Origin: an uncultured Eubacterium sp.
GTDB taxonomy: Bacteria > Bacillota > Clostridia > Lachnospirales > Lachnospiraceae
NCBI GenBank assembly: GCA_947178105.1
Contig: CAMWXD010000019.1
Location: 216-64,215 of the forward strand
Direction of reading: 5' to 3'
Length of the DNA: 64,000 nucleotides
A program made the translations under genes and the position numbers. Positions 51,072-60,584 of this stretch are shown here, one piece after another. Numbering within the stretch: the first letter of the stretch is position 1; the number at the start of each line of letters is the position of its first letter. The notes under the pieces are model-generated. The model made no database searches. It worked only from the letters and a program-made list of their open reading frames with translations, and was not told the origin of the DNA.

Positions 51072-52688
51072 ATGAATCAGAAGGGGAATGATACTTCCCT
51101 GGGGATCGGCAGGATCAGGCAGGAGCGGGAGCGGCGTCAGCGCGCGTTGAAAAAGGAAGATTATTTGTTAAGGCAGATCGACGAATTCCGCGAAAAAGCA
51201 AAGCAGCTCCAGGCGCTGCTGGATTCCAGGGAGGTAAAGGTACAAGAGCTGCAATTACTTGTAGATGAAAAGCAGGATCAGGCGAATGAACTGGAAGAGG
51301 TCATTTTACACCGCCAGTCAGAAGCAGACCAGCTTATAACGGGTGTCGGACAGCAGATGGACCAACTGATCACAAGGCTGCAAATGACAGTAGACAGGCT
51401 GACAGAAGATACTTCTGCGCAGATTTATCATTTAAACAGGCAGACATCAAACAAAATTGCACAGATGTCAGATACGATTACAAGCCAGATAGGAACGATG
51501 GCAGACCAGACAAAAGAGAGTATTGCCAGTATGGCTGCGGGTATGGCAAGCCAGATGGATGTGATGCGCCAGGCGACAGAAACCGGCATGGAACGCCTGG
51601 CTGGCGATATGGCAGGCCAGTTTGCCAGGATGCAGCAGGAAAGCCAAAGTGACAAAGAACAGATCAAACAGATCCATGCCGGCATGACGGAGCAGTTTGC
51701 GTCGATGCGGCAGGAAACAAGAGACAGCTTTGCACAGATGGAAGAGGGCTTGTCCGGCAAGCTTGGCGAGATCAGGACGCAGACAGCGGACAGCATCGGG
51801 CAGATGAATGCAGATATGATGAGCCAGATCGGAGCGATGGCAAGGGAAAGCCGCAGCGGCATCGAGTATATGACAGAAGGCATCAACAGCCAGATTGATA
51901 CGATGACGCAGGAGACACGTGCCGGCATCGATAAAATCGGCAAGATGCATGAGGATCTGTCCGGGCAGTTTGACATAGCGCATGAGGAGCTGTCCGAGCA
52001 GGTCAAAACAATGATGCAGGAGACCAGGGAAGGCTTTTCTCATCTCGCTTCGGATGTCAACAATCAGATCGGGGCGATGGCACAGGGCGCCTGGGACGGC
52101 TTTTCACAGGTAAACGAACGGCTTGACCAGTTCAGCACCGGGACAAAAGCAGATTTCCAGGAAATGACCGGGGAATTCAGCAGCCGTATGAGCCAGATGA
52201 CCGGATATGTGACGGAACAGTTCGGCCAGATGACAAAGCAGATGACGCGCATGTCAGAAGAAAACCGCAATGAGCTGGCAGCATTGACGCAGGACAGCCG
52301 CAGGGCGGTGGAGCAGATGACGGCGCTGACGGAGGACAGCCGCAAAGCAATGGAGCAGATGACGGCGGAGGCAGGGCGCCAGATTCACGAAGAAGTCCGC
52401 CAGATGTCACAGCAGTCTGAAGAAGTCCGCCAGACGATCGATGAGATCAGCGGGCATGTCACAGGGCTTAAGGAAGAGCTATCACAAAAGATTCATACCG
52501 AAGATGTCAAGTGTTTCCGTAATATCAAAGACCTGATCGATGAACAAAAACCGCTGTTTGAAGAGGTTGGGGTCAGTGAAAAGAGCATGAAGCCAGTGAA
52601 AAAATATATTTACTGGCTGATTTTGTTCGGTGTCTTGGATTTGGTTGGAATCATTGTCTTAGGCTTGATAGAGTTAGGGGTGTTTTAA
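51072..52688 (+). CDS. Tail-anchored all-helical protein with 11/22-residue amphipathic repeats
   Basis: N-terminal coiled coil, repeats such as SQIGTMADQTKESIASMAAGMA / SQIGAMARESRSGIEYMTEGIN, single C-terminal TM. Confidence 0.8.
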   Translation: MNQKGNDTSLGIGRIRQERERRQRALKKEDYLLRQIDEFREKAKQLQALLDSREVKVQELQLLVDEKQDQANELEEVILHRQSEADQLITGVGQQMDQLITRLQMTVDRLTEDTSAQIYHLNRQTSNKIAQMSDTITSQIGTMADQTKESIASMAAGMASQMDVMRQATETGMERLAGDMAGQFARMQQESQSDKEQIKQIHAGMTEQFASMRQETRDSFAQMEEGLSGKLGEIRTQTADSIGQMNADMMSQIGAMARESRSGIEYMTEGINSQIDTMTQETRAGIDKIGKMHEDLSGQFDIAHEELSEQVKTMMQETREGFSHLASDVNNQIGAMAQGAWDGFSQVNERLDQFSTGTKADFQEMTGEFSSRMSQMTGYVTEQFGQMTKQMTRMSEENRNELAALTQDSRRAVEQMTALTEDSRKAMEQMTAEAGRQIHEEVRQMSQQSEEVRQTIDEISGHVTGLKEELSQKIHTEDVKCFRNIKDLIDEQKPLFEEVGVSEKSMKPVKKYIYWLILFGVLDLVGIIVLGLIELGVF

Positions 52689-54343
52689 TGGATTTTGAAC
52701 AGGAAAATCCGGTCTGGGTGATCGGACACAGAAATCCGGATACAGATTCGATCTGCGCGGCGATCGCCTATGCAGACCTTCGCAATCGCAGTTCGGATAC
52801 GAAATATGAACCAAAACGGGCGGGCAATCTGAATGAAGAAACGAAATATGTACTGCGTAAATTTAAAGTGAAAATTCCGGCTTATGTAGACGATGTGCGT
52901 ACGCAGGTAAAGGACATTGCGTTTCGAAGGACAATCGGGGTAAACAGCAGTATTTCCCTGAAACGTGCCTGGGAGCTGATGACGACCAGCAAGGTCGTAA
53001 CGCTGCCGATTACAGATGAGAACAACGAGCTGTTGGGGCTGATTGTCAATGCGGATATCGCAGAGTCTTATATGGATGTATTGGATACGAGGATTTTGGC
53101 AAAGGCACGTACGCCGTATAAAAATATGGTTGAGACTTTAAACGGTACGATGCTTGTAGGAAATGAACATGGACGCTACATAAGGGGCAAGGTGATTGTC
53201 GCCGCGGACAGCCTGCCAATGGCGGAAGAAAGTATGGAAAAGGATGACCTTGTCATTTTAGGCGACAGGGAGAGTATGCAGAAATGTGCGCTAAAGCATA
53301 ATGCAAGCTGCCTGATTATCTGCGGCGGTACACAGGTATCCAAGCAGATTTTGACAGAAGCCGAGGATAAGGAGTGCGTCATTATCTCAACGCCGTATGA
53401 TCCGTTTACCGTATCCAGGCTGATTATGCAGAGTATGCCGATCAAGCAGTTTATGCGCACGAAAAACCTGAAAAAGTTTGAAATTGAAGATTATGTGGAT
53501 GATGTCCGGGAAGTGATGTCAAAAGACAGGCACCGCGATTTCCCGATCTTAGACCACGACGGATATTATATTGGAATGCTGTCCAGGCGGAATTTATTAA
53601 ATATGCAGAAAAAGCGGATTGTGCTTGTAGACCATAATGAAAAACAGCAGGCAGTCCATGGAATTGACAATGCGGATATTATGGGGATTATTGACCATCA
53701 TAAAATCGGGAGCCTGGAGACACCGGTGCCTGTCATGTTCCGCAACCAGCCGGTAGGCTGTACATCTACGATTATTTACCAGATGTATCTGGAAAGCGGC
53801 GTCAAGATCACAAAGCCGATTGCCGGCCTTTTGTGCTCTGCGATTATTTCCGATACGCTGCTGTTCCGTTCGCCGACCTGTACGGAGCTGGATAAGCAGG
53901 CGGCACAAAAGCTGGCGGAGATTGCAGAGATCGACATGGAACAACATGCAAATGAGATGTTCCGCGCCGGCAGCAACTTCCAGGCAAAAACGACAGAAGA
54001 AATCTGCTATCAGGACTTTAAGACGTTTACAGCAGGGGAAGTGCTGTTTGGGGTCAGCCAGATCAGCGCCATGAGCAGGGAAGAGTTAGATGAGGTCAAA
54101 GCGCGCGTGCTGCCGTATCAGGAGACGATTATGGAAGCGCGCAAGCTGGACATGGTATTTATTATGCTGACCGATATTTTAAATGAATCGACCGAACTGG
54201 TCTGCATGGGCAAAGGTGCGGATGAGGCGGTTGAGAAAGCTTTCTATAAACAGAAGATCAACGACGGCTACCGCCTGCGCGGCGTTGTATCCAGAAAGAA
54301 GCAGTTGATCCCAGAGCTGTTGGATGCGATTGCAAACCCATAA
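52688..54343 (+). CDS. ppaC: Mn-dependent inorganic pyrophosphatase with CBS/DRTGG insert (family II)
   Basis: GHRNPDTDS, LVDHNE, IDHH, ISDTLLFRSPT, VSRKKQ. Confidence 0.93.
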   Translation: MDFEQENPVWVIGHRNPDTDSICAAIAYADLRNRSSDTKYEPKRAGNLNEETKYVLRKFKVKIPAYVDDVRTQVKDIAFRRTIGVNSSISLKRAWELMTTSKVVTLPITDENNELLGLIVNADIAESYMDVLDTRILAKARTPYKNMVETLNGTMLVGNEHGRYIRGKVIVAADSLPMAEESMEKDDLVILGDRESMQKCALKHNASCLIICGGTQVSKQILTEAEDKECVIISTPYDPFTVSRLIMQSMPIKQFMRTKNLKKFEIEDYVDDVREVMSKDRHRDFPILDHDGYYIGMLSRRNLLNMQKKRIVLVDHNEKQQAVHGIDNADIMGIIDHHKIGSLETPVPVMFRNQPVGCTSTIIYQMYLESGVKITKPIAGLLCSAIISDTLLFRSPTCTELDKQAAQKLAEIAEIDMEQHANEMFRAGSNFQAKTTEEICYQDFKTFTAGEVLFGVSQISAMSREELDEVKARVLPYQETIMEARKLDMVFIMLTDILNESTELVCMGKGADEAVEKAFYKQKINDGYRLRGVVSRKKQLIPELLDAIANP

Positions 54344-54365
54344 AAAGGAAGAAAGGGAAACCAGG

Positions 54366-54992
54366 ATGGCGAAGCAGTATTGGAAGCCGGGCAATATGCT
54401 CTATCCGGTTCCGGCGGTGATGGCCACCTGCCAGAGAGCTGGGGAAAAGCCGAATATTATTACGATCGCCTGGACAGGGACAGTCTGTTCTGACCCGGCT
54501 ATGGTATCAATTTCTGTGCGCAGGGAGCGTTACTCTTATGCGATCATTAAAGAAAGCGGTGAATTTGTCATCAACCTGACGACAAAAAGGCTGGTGAAAG
54601 CTGCAGATTACTGCGGCGTCCGCTCCGGCAGGGATGTCGATAAGTTTGCCGATACAGGGCTGACGCCATGTGCGTCAAAGTCTGTCGGCTGCCCGGGGAT
54701 TGCGGAAAGCCCGGTCAATATCGAGTGCAGGGTATCGCAGATCCTAAATCTTGGCAGCCATGACCTGTTTTTGGCTACGGTAGAAAATGTCGGCGTCGAG
54801 GAGTCGCTGCTGGATGAGACGGGCAGGCTACAGCTAAACAGCAGCGGGCTTGCCGTATACTCGCACGGAGGCTACTTTGCGCTTGGCAGCCAGCTTGGCT
54901 CGTTTGGATATTCGGTAAGAAAAAATCTGAAAAATCCGAAAAAGCCAAAAAATAAGAAAAAGACGAATGCGCATAGGGTGCGGAAAAAATAA
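54366..54992 (+). CDS. Flavin reductase-like (flavoredoxin) protein
   Basis: LYPVP, NIITIAW, EFVINL, CGVRSGRDVDK, ECRV, GSHDLF. Confidence 0.85.
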   Translation: MAKQYWKPGNMLYPVPAVMATCQRAGEKPNIITIAWTGTVCSDPAMVSISVRRERYSYAIIKESGEFVINLTTKRLVKAADYCGVRSGRDVDKFADTGLTPCASKSVGCPGIAESPVNIECRVSQILNLGSHDLFLATVENVGVEESLLDETGRLQLNSSGLAVYSHGGYFALGSQLGSFGYSVRKNLKNPKKPKNKKKTNAHRVRKK

Positions 54993-55027
54993 GGAACCAT
55001 ATGGATACATATGGTTCCTTATTTTTT
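54984..55027. terminator. Bidirectional Rho-independent terminator
   Basis: aaaaaataaggaaccatatg gata catatggttccttatttttt. Confidence 0.85.
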
Positions 55028-55044
55028 CGTGCAAACACCTTATA

Positions 55045-55764
55045 TCAGCGGACGCTGACCGTATGGAGAATAAAACAGTCCGCCCGGTGGCGTGATTTTG
55101 AATATTCAAAGATTCTGCCGTCATCCAGATATGCCGTCTGCTCTATTTCTAAGACTGGCATTTCCCCCTTTTTTATTTGCAGCCATTTTAGCTCCTGCTC
55201 GGTCGGCATGTCCGCCCGGGTGCTTCGGTGGGCGCTTTTGATTTTCAGCTTTAACGTGCCTTCGATATATGCGTAGATCGAATGGTTGACGACTTCTTCT
55301 GTAATGCCGCTGATAAAATCCGTCGGCATATAAGTATATTCGACCACATACGGCTCGCCGTCGACAAATCGGGTACGGCATATATAACAGACAAAAGCGT
55401 CCTCTGATACCTGCAATTTTTCCGCGACTTTTATAGGTGCGCGCAAAAGAGTAAATTCGTGCACCTCTGATTCTACTTTTCGTCCTTTCATATCGCTTGT
55501 AAATCCCCCGAATTGCTGAGACCTTGCCAACAGCTCTGGATCCAGGTTTTCTCCTACGATTGGCTTGACGTAAGTACCGGCTCCCCGCCTTCTCGTAATC
55601 AGCCCCTGGCGTACCAGATTGTCCAGCGCTTCGCGCACGGTAATGCGCGAGGCATCGTAAAGCTTGCACAATTCTGTCTCCTGCGGAAGCTTTGTATCTG
55701 CCTGATATACGCCGGAATATATTTTATTTTGAATGTCTGCTGCGATGCTTTCATACTTGAACAT
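55045..55764 (-). CDS. GntR/HutC-family regulator with UTRA domain (GmuR-like)
   Basis: KLPQETEL...SRITVREAL...RRGAGTYV; FEYSKSRHR; divergent from PTS operon. Confidence 0.9.
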   Translation of the reverse strand: MFKYESIAADIQNKIYSGVYQADTKLPQETELCKLYDASRITVREALDNLVRQGLITRRRGAGTYVKPIVGENLDPELLARSQQFGGFTSDMKGRKVESEVHEFTLLRAPIKVAEKLQVSEDAFVCYICRTRFVDGEPYVVEYTYMPTDFISGITEEVVNHSIYAYIEGTLKLKIKSAHRSTRADMPTEQELKWLQIKKGEMPVLEIEQTAYLDDGRIFEYSKSRHRADCFILHTVSVR

Positions 55765-55865
55765 AGTATCTGCCTTTCTATTCGATATTGTTATAAAAAC
55801 GGATAGTATTGTTATATCATTTTGCCGGTAAAAAGTCAAAGGGTTCCCATTTCGCTTTGGTGAAA

Positions 55866-56031
55866 CGAGTGCTCCATCCGGCCAGAAATTAGAGTCCTGC
55901 ACAGTCTGATTCGTACCATTGCGTCGTTAAAATTTCTAGCCAATGGATCCACATTGTCGTCGAAATTTTGCCTAGCACTGGTACGAATCAGCCAGCACAG
56001 AACTCTAATTTCTGACCGGATAGAGCACTAG
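55866..56031. mobile_element. MITE-like long palindromic element
   Basis: Imperfect IR across the whole element: agtgctccatccggccagaaattagagt...ctgattcgtacca / tggtacgaatcag...actctaatttctgaccggatagagcact; ends CGAG / CTAG. Confidence 0.65.
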
Positions 56032-56074
56032 AAAGAGAACGGATCATTTATGTGAAATTTTTGTCTGAATTGTA

Positions 56075-56161
56075 TTGACAACTTGTAAAAAAAGATTATA
56101 ATAAATATATGTCATAACAAATTAAATAAAAAACATTACATATAAATAATTTGTTATATTA
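56075..56161 (+). promoter_or_regulatory. Promoter of PTS operon with putative GntR boxes
   Basis: TTGACA-N16-TATAAT; tgtcataaca at 56110-56119 and ttgttatatta at 56151-56161; similar ttgttata boxes at 55788 and 55809 before the regulator. Confidence 0.55.
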
Positions 56162-56195
56162 AATATGAAAGAAAAAGAAAGAGGAGGAAGCATGA

Positions 56196-57590
56196 ATGGA
56201 AGTACAATTACCTGCAAATTTTTTTATGGGAGCGGCAATATCCGGCCCACAGACAGAGGGCGCGTACAAAACGGGCGGCCGGTTGGAAAGTATTTGGGAT
56301 ACATGGTCAGATCAGTCCATTTCGGATTTTTATAACAGGGTCGGCAGCTATGTGGGCAACTGCTTTTATGAGAAATATGAGGAGGATATCAGGCTGATGA
56401 AAAGCCTTGGGCTGGATTCTTTCCGTACTTCGATACAGTGGAGCAGGCTGATGGATAAAAACCAGAACGTGAATCCACAGGGAGCCGGTTTTTATCATCG
56501 GGTATGTGCCTGTGCGAAGGAGCATCACATCGAATTGTTTATGAACTTATATCATTTTGATATGCCTGCTTACCTGTTTGACAGAGGCGGATGGGAAAGC
56601 CGCGAGATCGTAGAGGCATATGCTGCTTATGCAAGAGCTGCTTTCCGCGAGTTTGGCAAGGAGATCCGTTATTGGTTTACCTTTAATGAGCCGATCGTTG
56701 AACCAGACCAAAGATACCGCACCGGAAACTGGTATCCGTTTATCAAAAATGCCAGACGGGGGATGCAGGTGCAGTACAATCTTTCGCTGGCGCACTGCCT
56801 TGCAGTTTCTGAGTTTTACAAGGCAAAAAAAGAAGGTTATCTGCTGGAAGATGCCAAAATCGGGCTGATTAACTGTTTTGCTCCTCCATATACAAAAGAA
56901 AACCCTTCGCCGCAAGATTTGGAAGCGCTTCATATGGAAGACGGCATAAACAATCGCTGGTGGCTGGACCTGGTAACAGAAGGCAGGCTTCCGCAGGATA
57001 TTCTGGATACTTTAAAAGAACGCGGCATGGAAGTGGAAATGCGTCCTGGGGATGAGGAAATTTTAAAGATGGGCAAAGTGGACTGGCTTGGATTTAATTA
57101 TTATCATCCATCCAGGGTACAGGCTCCGGCACGGACAACAGATGATAACGGCGATCCGGTTTTTTCAGATCCGTATATCTGGCCAGAGGCGAAAATGAAT
57201 GTTTACCGCGGATGGGAGATCTATCCGAAGGGAATTTATGATTTTGGGATGAAAATGAAGCGGGAATATCCAAAGCTTGCATTTTTTATATCTGAAAATG
57301 GAATGGGTGTGGAGCATGAAGAGCGGTTTCGTGATGAAAGCGGGCAGATCCAGGATGACTACAGGATCGAATTTGTACGCGAACACCTGAAATGGGTGCT
57401 AAAGGCGGTGCAGGACGGTGCACAGTGCAAGGGCTATCATTATTGGGGGCTGATCGATAATTGGTCGTGGAACAATGCCTTTAAAAACCGCTATGGCATG
57501 ATTGAAGTGGATTTAAACGGCGGCTATGCGAGGAGGCTTAAAAAATCGGCTGCATGGATACAGCAGCTCATCGCGGACAGAGAAAAATAA
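56196..57590 (+). CDS. GH1 6-phospho-beta-glucosidase/mannosidase (GmuD-like)
   Basis: FRTSIQWSR, TFNEP and ISENG catalytic motifs, DNWSW, RYG. Confidence 0.92.
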   Translation: MEVQLPANFFMGAAISGPQTEGAYKTGGRLESIWDTWSDQSISDFYNRVGSYVGNCFYEKYEEDIRLMKSLGLDSFRTSIQWSRLMDKNQNVNPQGAGFYHRVCACAKEHHIELFMNLYHFDMPAYLFDRGGWESREIVEAYAAYARAAFREFGKEIRYWFTFNEPIVEPDQRYRTGNWYPFIKNARRGMQVQYNLSLAHCLAVSEFYKAKKEGYLLEDAKIGLINCFAPPYTKENPSPQDLEALHMEDGINNRWWLDLVTEGRLPQDILDTLKERGMEVEMRPGDEEILKMGKVDWLGFNYYHPSRVQAPARTTDDNGDPVFSDPYIWPEAKMNVYRGWEIYPKGIYDFGMKMKREYPKLAFFISENGMGVEHEERFRDESGQIQDDYRIEFVREHLKWVLKAVQDGAQCKGYHYWGLIDNWSWNNAFKNRYGMIEVDLNGGYARRLKKSAAWIQQLIADREK

Positions 57591-57619
57591 TGCATGAAAC
57601 AGGAAAGGGAGAAACGGTT

Positions 57620-58918
57620 ATGGGTAATTCGAAAATCATTGAAAAATTTACGATGTTTGCATCCAAATTGGGAAATGAGATTCATCTCAGGTCTTTGCGG
57701 GATGCGTTTGCAACCATTATGCCATTATATATTCTGGCAGGGCTTGCCGTATTGATTAATAATACTGTATTTCAGTGGCTCCTGTCAGGAGATGCCCTGA
57801 CAAGCGCACAGTACTGGGGAACGTTGATTGTCAACGGCACATTGAATATCAGTTCCCTGCTCGTTGCACCGGTGATCGGTTATGTGCTGTCACAAAATAA
57901 GGGGTATGAAAACCCGCTTGCAGCGGCAGTGATTTCTCTGGCAACCCTGATCGTCATGCTGCCAAACAGGGTCAGCATTACGCCCTTGGATGCGACGGAA
58001 AGCGTTCTGGCAGAAGGGATGCTGACGTTTTCCAATATTGGGACGGGAGCGATGTTTGCCGGTGTGATTATAGGGCTGCTTGCGACAGAAATATTTGTTT
58101 GGGTCAGCAGTATCAAGCGGCTGAAAATCAATCTTGGCGACAGCATACCGCCGGCGGTCGGAAAATCCTTTAACGTGCTGATTCCTTTTATTTTAGTTAT
58201 GTCCATGTTTGCGCTGGCAGGCGCGGTGTTGCATAATGCCTTCCATACCGATCTGGTGCAGATTATCACGACGCTGATTCAGGAACCGCTGCGTACGGCT
58301 ACCACAGGGCTTGGGGGCTGCCTGCTTTTATACAGCCTTGGAAACTTCCTCTGGCTGCTTGGCATCCATCAGTCTGTGATTTACAGTTCGATTCTGGAAC
58401 CGCTTTTGATTGTCAATATGACGTTAAATATGGCTGCGTATGCGGCAGGAGAGGCGATTCCAAATATTATCAATGTGGCATTTGTACCGGCTATGGGGAT
58501 GATGGGCGGCTCTGGCTCTACGATCTGCCTGTTAGTTGCGACATTATTGGTAAGTAAAAACCAGGCTTCCAAAGGAGTAGCAAAAATGGCGTTTGTGCCG
58601 GGAATTTTTAATATTAATGAACCGGTTATTTTTGGCTATCCGATTGTTTACAACATCTGTATGCTGGTGCCGTTTGTGCTGACGCCGGTGCTTGGAATTG
58701 TGATTGGATATGCGGCAACGATGATGCATTTTATGGAACGCTGTGTCGTATACATACCTTGGACAACGCCGCCGCTGTTAAGCGGATATCTGGCAACCGG
58801 AGGAGACTGGCGTGCGGTACTGGTGCAGGCAGTTGTATTGGTGCTTGGGACAATTTTATATATTCCGTTCGTGAAGATGAATGATATCGTCGTAGAAAAA
58901 ACGATGGCGTCAGAATAG
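57620..58918 (+). CDS. PTS Lac/Cel-family IIC component
   Basis: LRSLRDAF, LWLLGIH, MGGSG, PGIFNINEPVIFGYPIVYN, IPWTTP. Confidence 0.93.
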   Translation: MGNSKIIEKFTMFASKLGNEIHLRSLRDAFATIMPLYILAGLAVLINNTVFQWLLSGDALTSAQYWGTLIVNGTLNISSLLVAPVIGYVLSQNKGYENPLAAAVISLATLIVMLPNRVSITPLDATESVLAEGMLTFSNIGTGAMFAGVIIGLLATEIFVWVSSIKRLKINLGDSIPPAVGKSFNVLIPFILVMSMFALAGAVLHNAFHTDLVQIITTLIQEPLRTATTGLGGCLLLYSLGNFLWLLGIHQSVIYSSILEPLLIVNMTLNMAAYAAGEAIPNIINVAFVPAMGMMGGSGSTICLLVATLLVSKNQASKGVAKMAFVPGIFNINEPVIFGYPIVYNICMLVPFVLTPVLGIVIGYAATMMHFMERCVVYIPWTTPPLLSGYLATGGDWRAVLVQAVVLVLGTILYIPFVKMNDIVVEKTMASE

Positions 58919-58940
58919 AAAAAGAAAAGGAGAGAGGACG

Positions 58941-59243
58941 ATGAAAAAAATTTTATTAGTGTGCAATGCAGGGATGTCAACGAGTATGCTTGTGTCAAAA
59001 ATGCAGAAAGCTGCTGAAGCAAAAAATGCAGAGGTAAGCATTGAAGCAAAATCTTTATCAGAAGCAAAAAATGAAATAGCCAATGTGGATATTGTGCTGC
59101 TGGGGCCTCAGATCCGGTATGAGCTGGCAAATGTAAAAAAGATTGCCGGAAGCGTTCCGGTAGAAGCGGTCGACATGAAAGATTATGGTTTGATGAACGG
59201 CGAAAAAGTGCTGGAACATGCTTTGGAGGTGATCGGTTCATGA
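58941..59243 (+). CDS. PTS Lac/Cel-family IIB component
   Basis: ILLVCNAGMSTSML, LLGPQ, YGLMNG. Confidence 0.93.
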   Translation: MKKILLVCNAGMSTSMLVSKMQKAAEAKNAEVSIEAKSLSEAKNEIANVDIVLLGPQIRYELANVKKIAGSVPVEAVDMKDYGLMNGEKVLEHALEVIGS

Positions 59244-59554
59244 CAGCGGAAGATTTTGAAATGGTGTGCGTGCAGATAATCACAAACAGCGGAAGCGCCA
59301 AATCCAGCTATATCGAAGCCATTCAAAAGGCAAAGGAGGGTGCTGCGGATGAAGCGCAACGCCTGATGGAGGAGGGCGACCAATTTTACCTGGAAGCCCA
59401 TGAAGCCCATGCTTCTTTGCTGACACAGGAAGCGTCCGGTGAAAAGGTTGCGTTTTCCCTGATCCTGGTACATGCAGAGGATCAGATGGCAAGCACGGAA
59501 ATGGCGAAAGTCCTGGCAAGGGAATTTATAGAACTGTATCATAAGCAGTCGTAA
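59240..59554 (+). CDS. PTS Lac/Cel-family IIA component
   Basis: SGSAKS, AHEAH, LILVHAEDQM. Confidence 0.93.
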   Translation: MTAEDFEMVCVQIITNSGSAKSSYIEAIQKAKEGAADEAQRLMEEGDQFYLEAHEAHASLLTQEASGEKVAFSLILVHAEDQMASTEMAKVLAREFIELYHKQS

Positions 59555-59574
59555 TAAGGAATGGTTCCTAAGAG

Positions 59575-59643
59575 GCTGCCGTAAACGCCGTGCATTCTGT
59601 CAGACGTCGACAGTTATGCCCTGTGCGTATGCGGCAGCTTTTT
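59575..59643 (+). terminator. Intercistronic hairpin with U-tract between IIA and kinase genes
   Basis: gctgccgta...tgcggcagc followed by ttttt. Confidence 0.5.
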
Positions 59644-59687
59644 CAGCCTGACGATTCAGCCCGATTTTTATACGAGGAGGAGAAGCT

Positions 59688-60584
59688 ATGACATATGGAG
59701 CGTTAGAAGCAGGAGGCACTAAAATGGTATGTGCCATTGGCAATGAGCATGGAGAAATTTTTGACCAGAGATCGATTCCGACGCAGGACCCGGAGACTAC
59801 AATGCCGCAGATTTTGGAATATTTTCAGGATAAAGAAATCGAAGCCCTGGGGATTGGATGCTTTGGCCCGATTGACCTTAACAGGAATTCGAAAACGTAT
59901 GGCTATATTACGACAACGGCAAAATTGGCATGGCGAAACTATAATATATGCGGATATTTTCGGGAGCGTCTGCGCGTGCCGGTCGGCTTTGATACGGATG
60001 TCAACGGCTCTATGCTTGGAGAAGCGGCATGGGGCTGCGCGCAGGGGTTACAGGATGCTGTGTATATCACGGTCGGGACAGGAATTGGCATCGGCGTACT
60101 GTCCGGCGGACAAATGCTGCATGGTATGCAACATTCGGAAGGCGGGCACATTTTGATTCCGCGCCGTGAAGACGATCCCTATGCCGGAAAATGCCCGTAT
60201 CACGGAGCCTGCCTGGAGGGGCTTGCAGCAGGGCCGGCGATCGAAGCAAGATGGGGCGCAAAGGCGGATAAGCTGTCGGAATGCCCGCAGGTATGGGAGC
60301 TGGAGGCACATTACCTGGCTTATGCGATTACAAATTTTATTATGATAGTATCCCCGCAGCGGGTAATTCTGGGCGGGGGCATCATGCACCAGCAGCAGTT
60401 AATGCCTCTGATCCGCCATAAAGTGGCGCAGATGCTGGGAGGCTATATAAAAACAAAAGAACTGGAGGACATGGACTCTTATCTTGTGCTTTCGTCCCTG
60501 CATGGCAACCAGGGGATTCTGGGGGCAGTCAGGCTTGCAATGGATGCAAAGCGCCGTTCTATGGGAAAGGAGCAGGAGCAATGA
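59688..60584 (+). CDS. ROK-family fructokinase (GmuE/ScrK-like)
   Basis: GALEAGGTK, FGPID, TDVN, VGTGIG, EGGH, CPYHGACLEGLA. Confidence 0.92.
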   Translation: MTYGALEAGGTKMVCAIGNEHGEIFDQRSIPTQDPETTMPQILEYFQDKEIEALGIGCFGPIDLNRNSKTYGYITTTAKLAWRNYNICGYFRERLRVPVGFDTDVNGSMLGEAAWGCAQGLQDAVYITVGTGIGIGVLSGGQMLHGMQHSEGGHILIPRREDDPYAGKCPYHGACLEGLAAGPAIEARWGAKADKLSECPQVWELEAHYLAYAITNFIMIVSPQRVILGGGIMHQQQLMPLIRHKVAQMLGGYIKTKELEDMDSYLVLSSLHGNQGILGAVRLAMDAKRRSMGKEQEQ

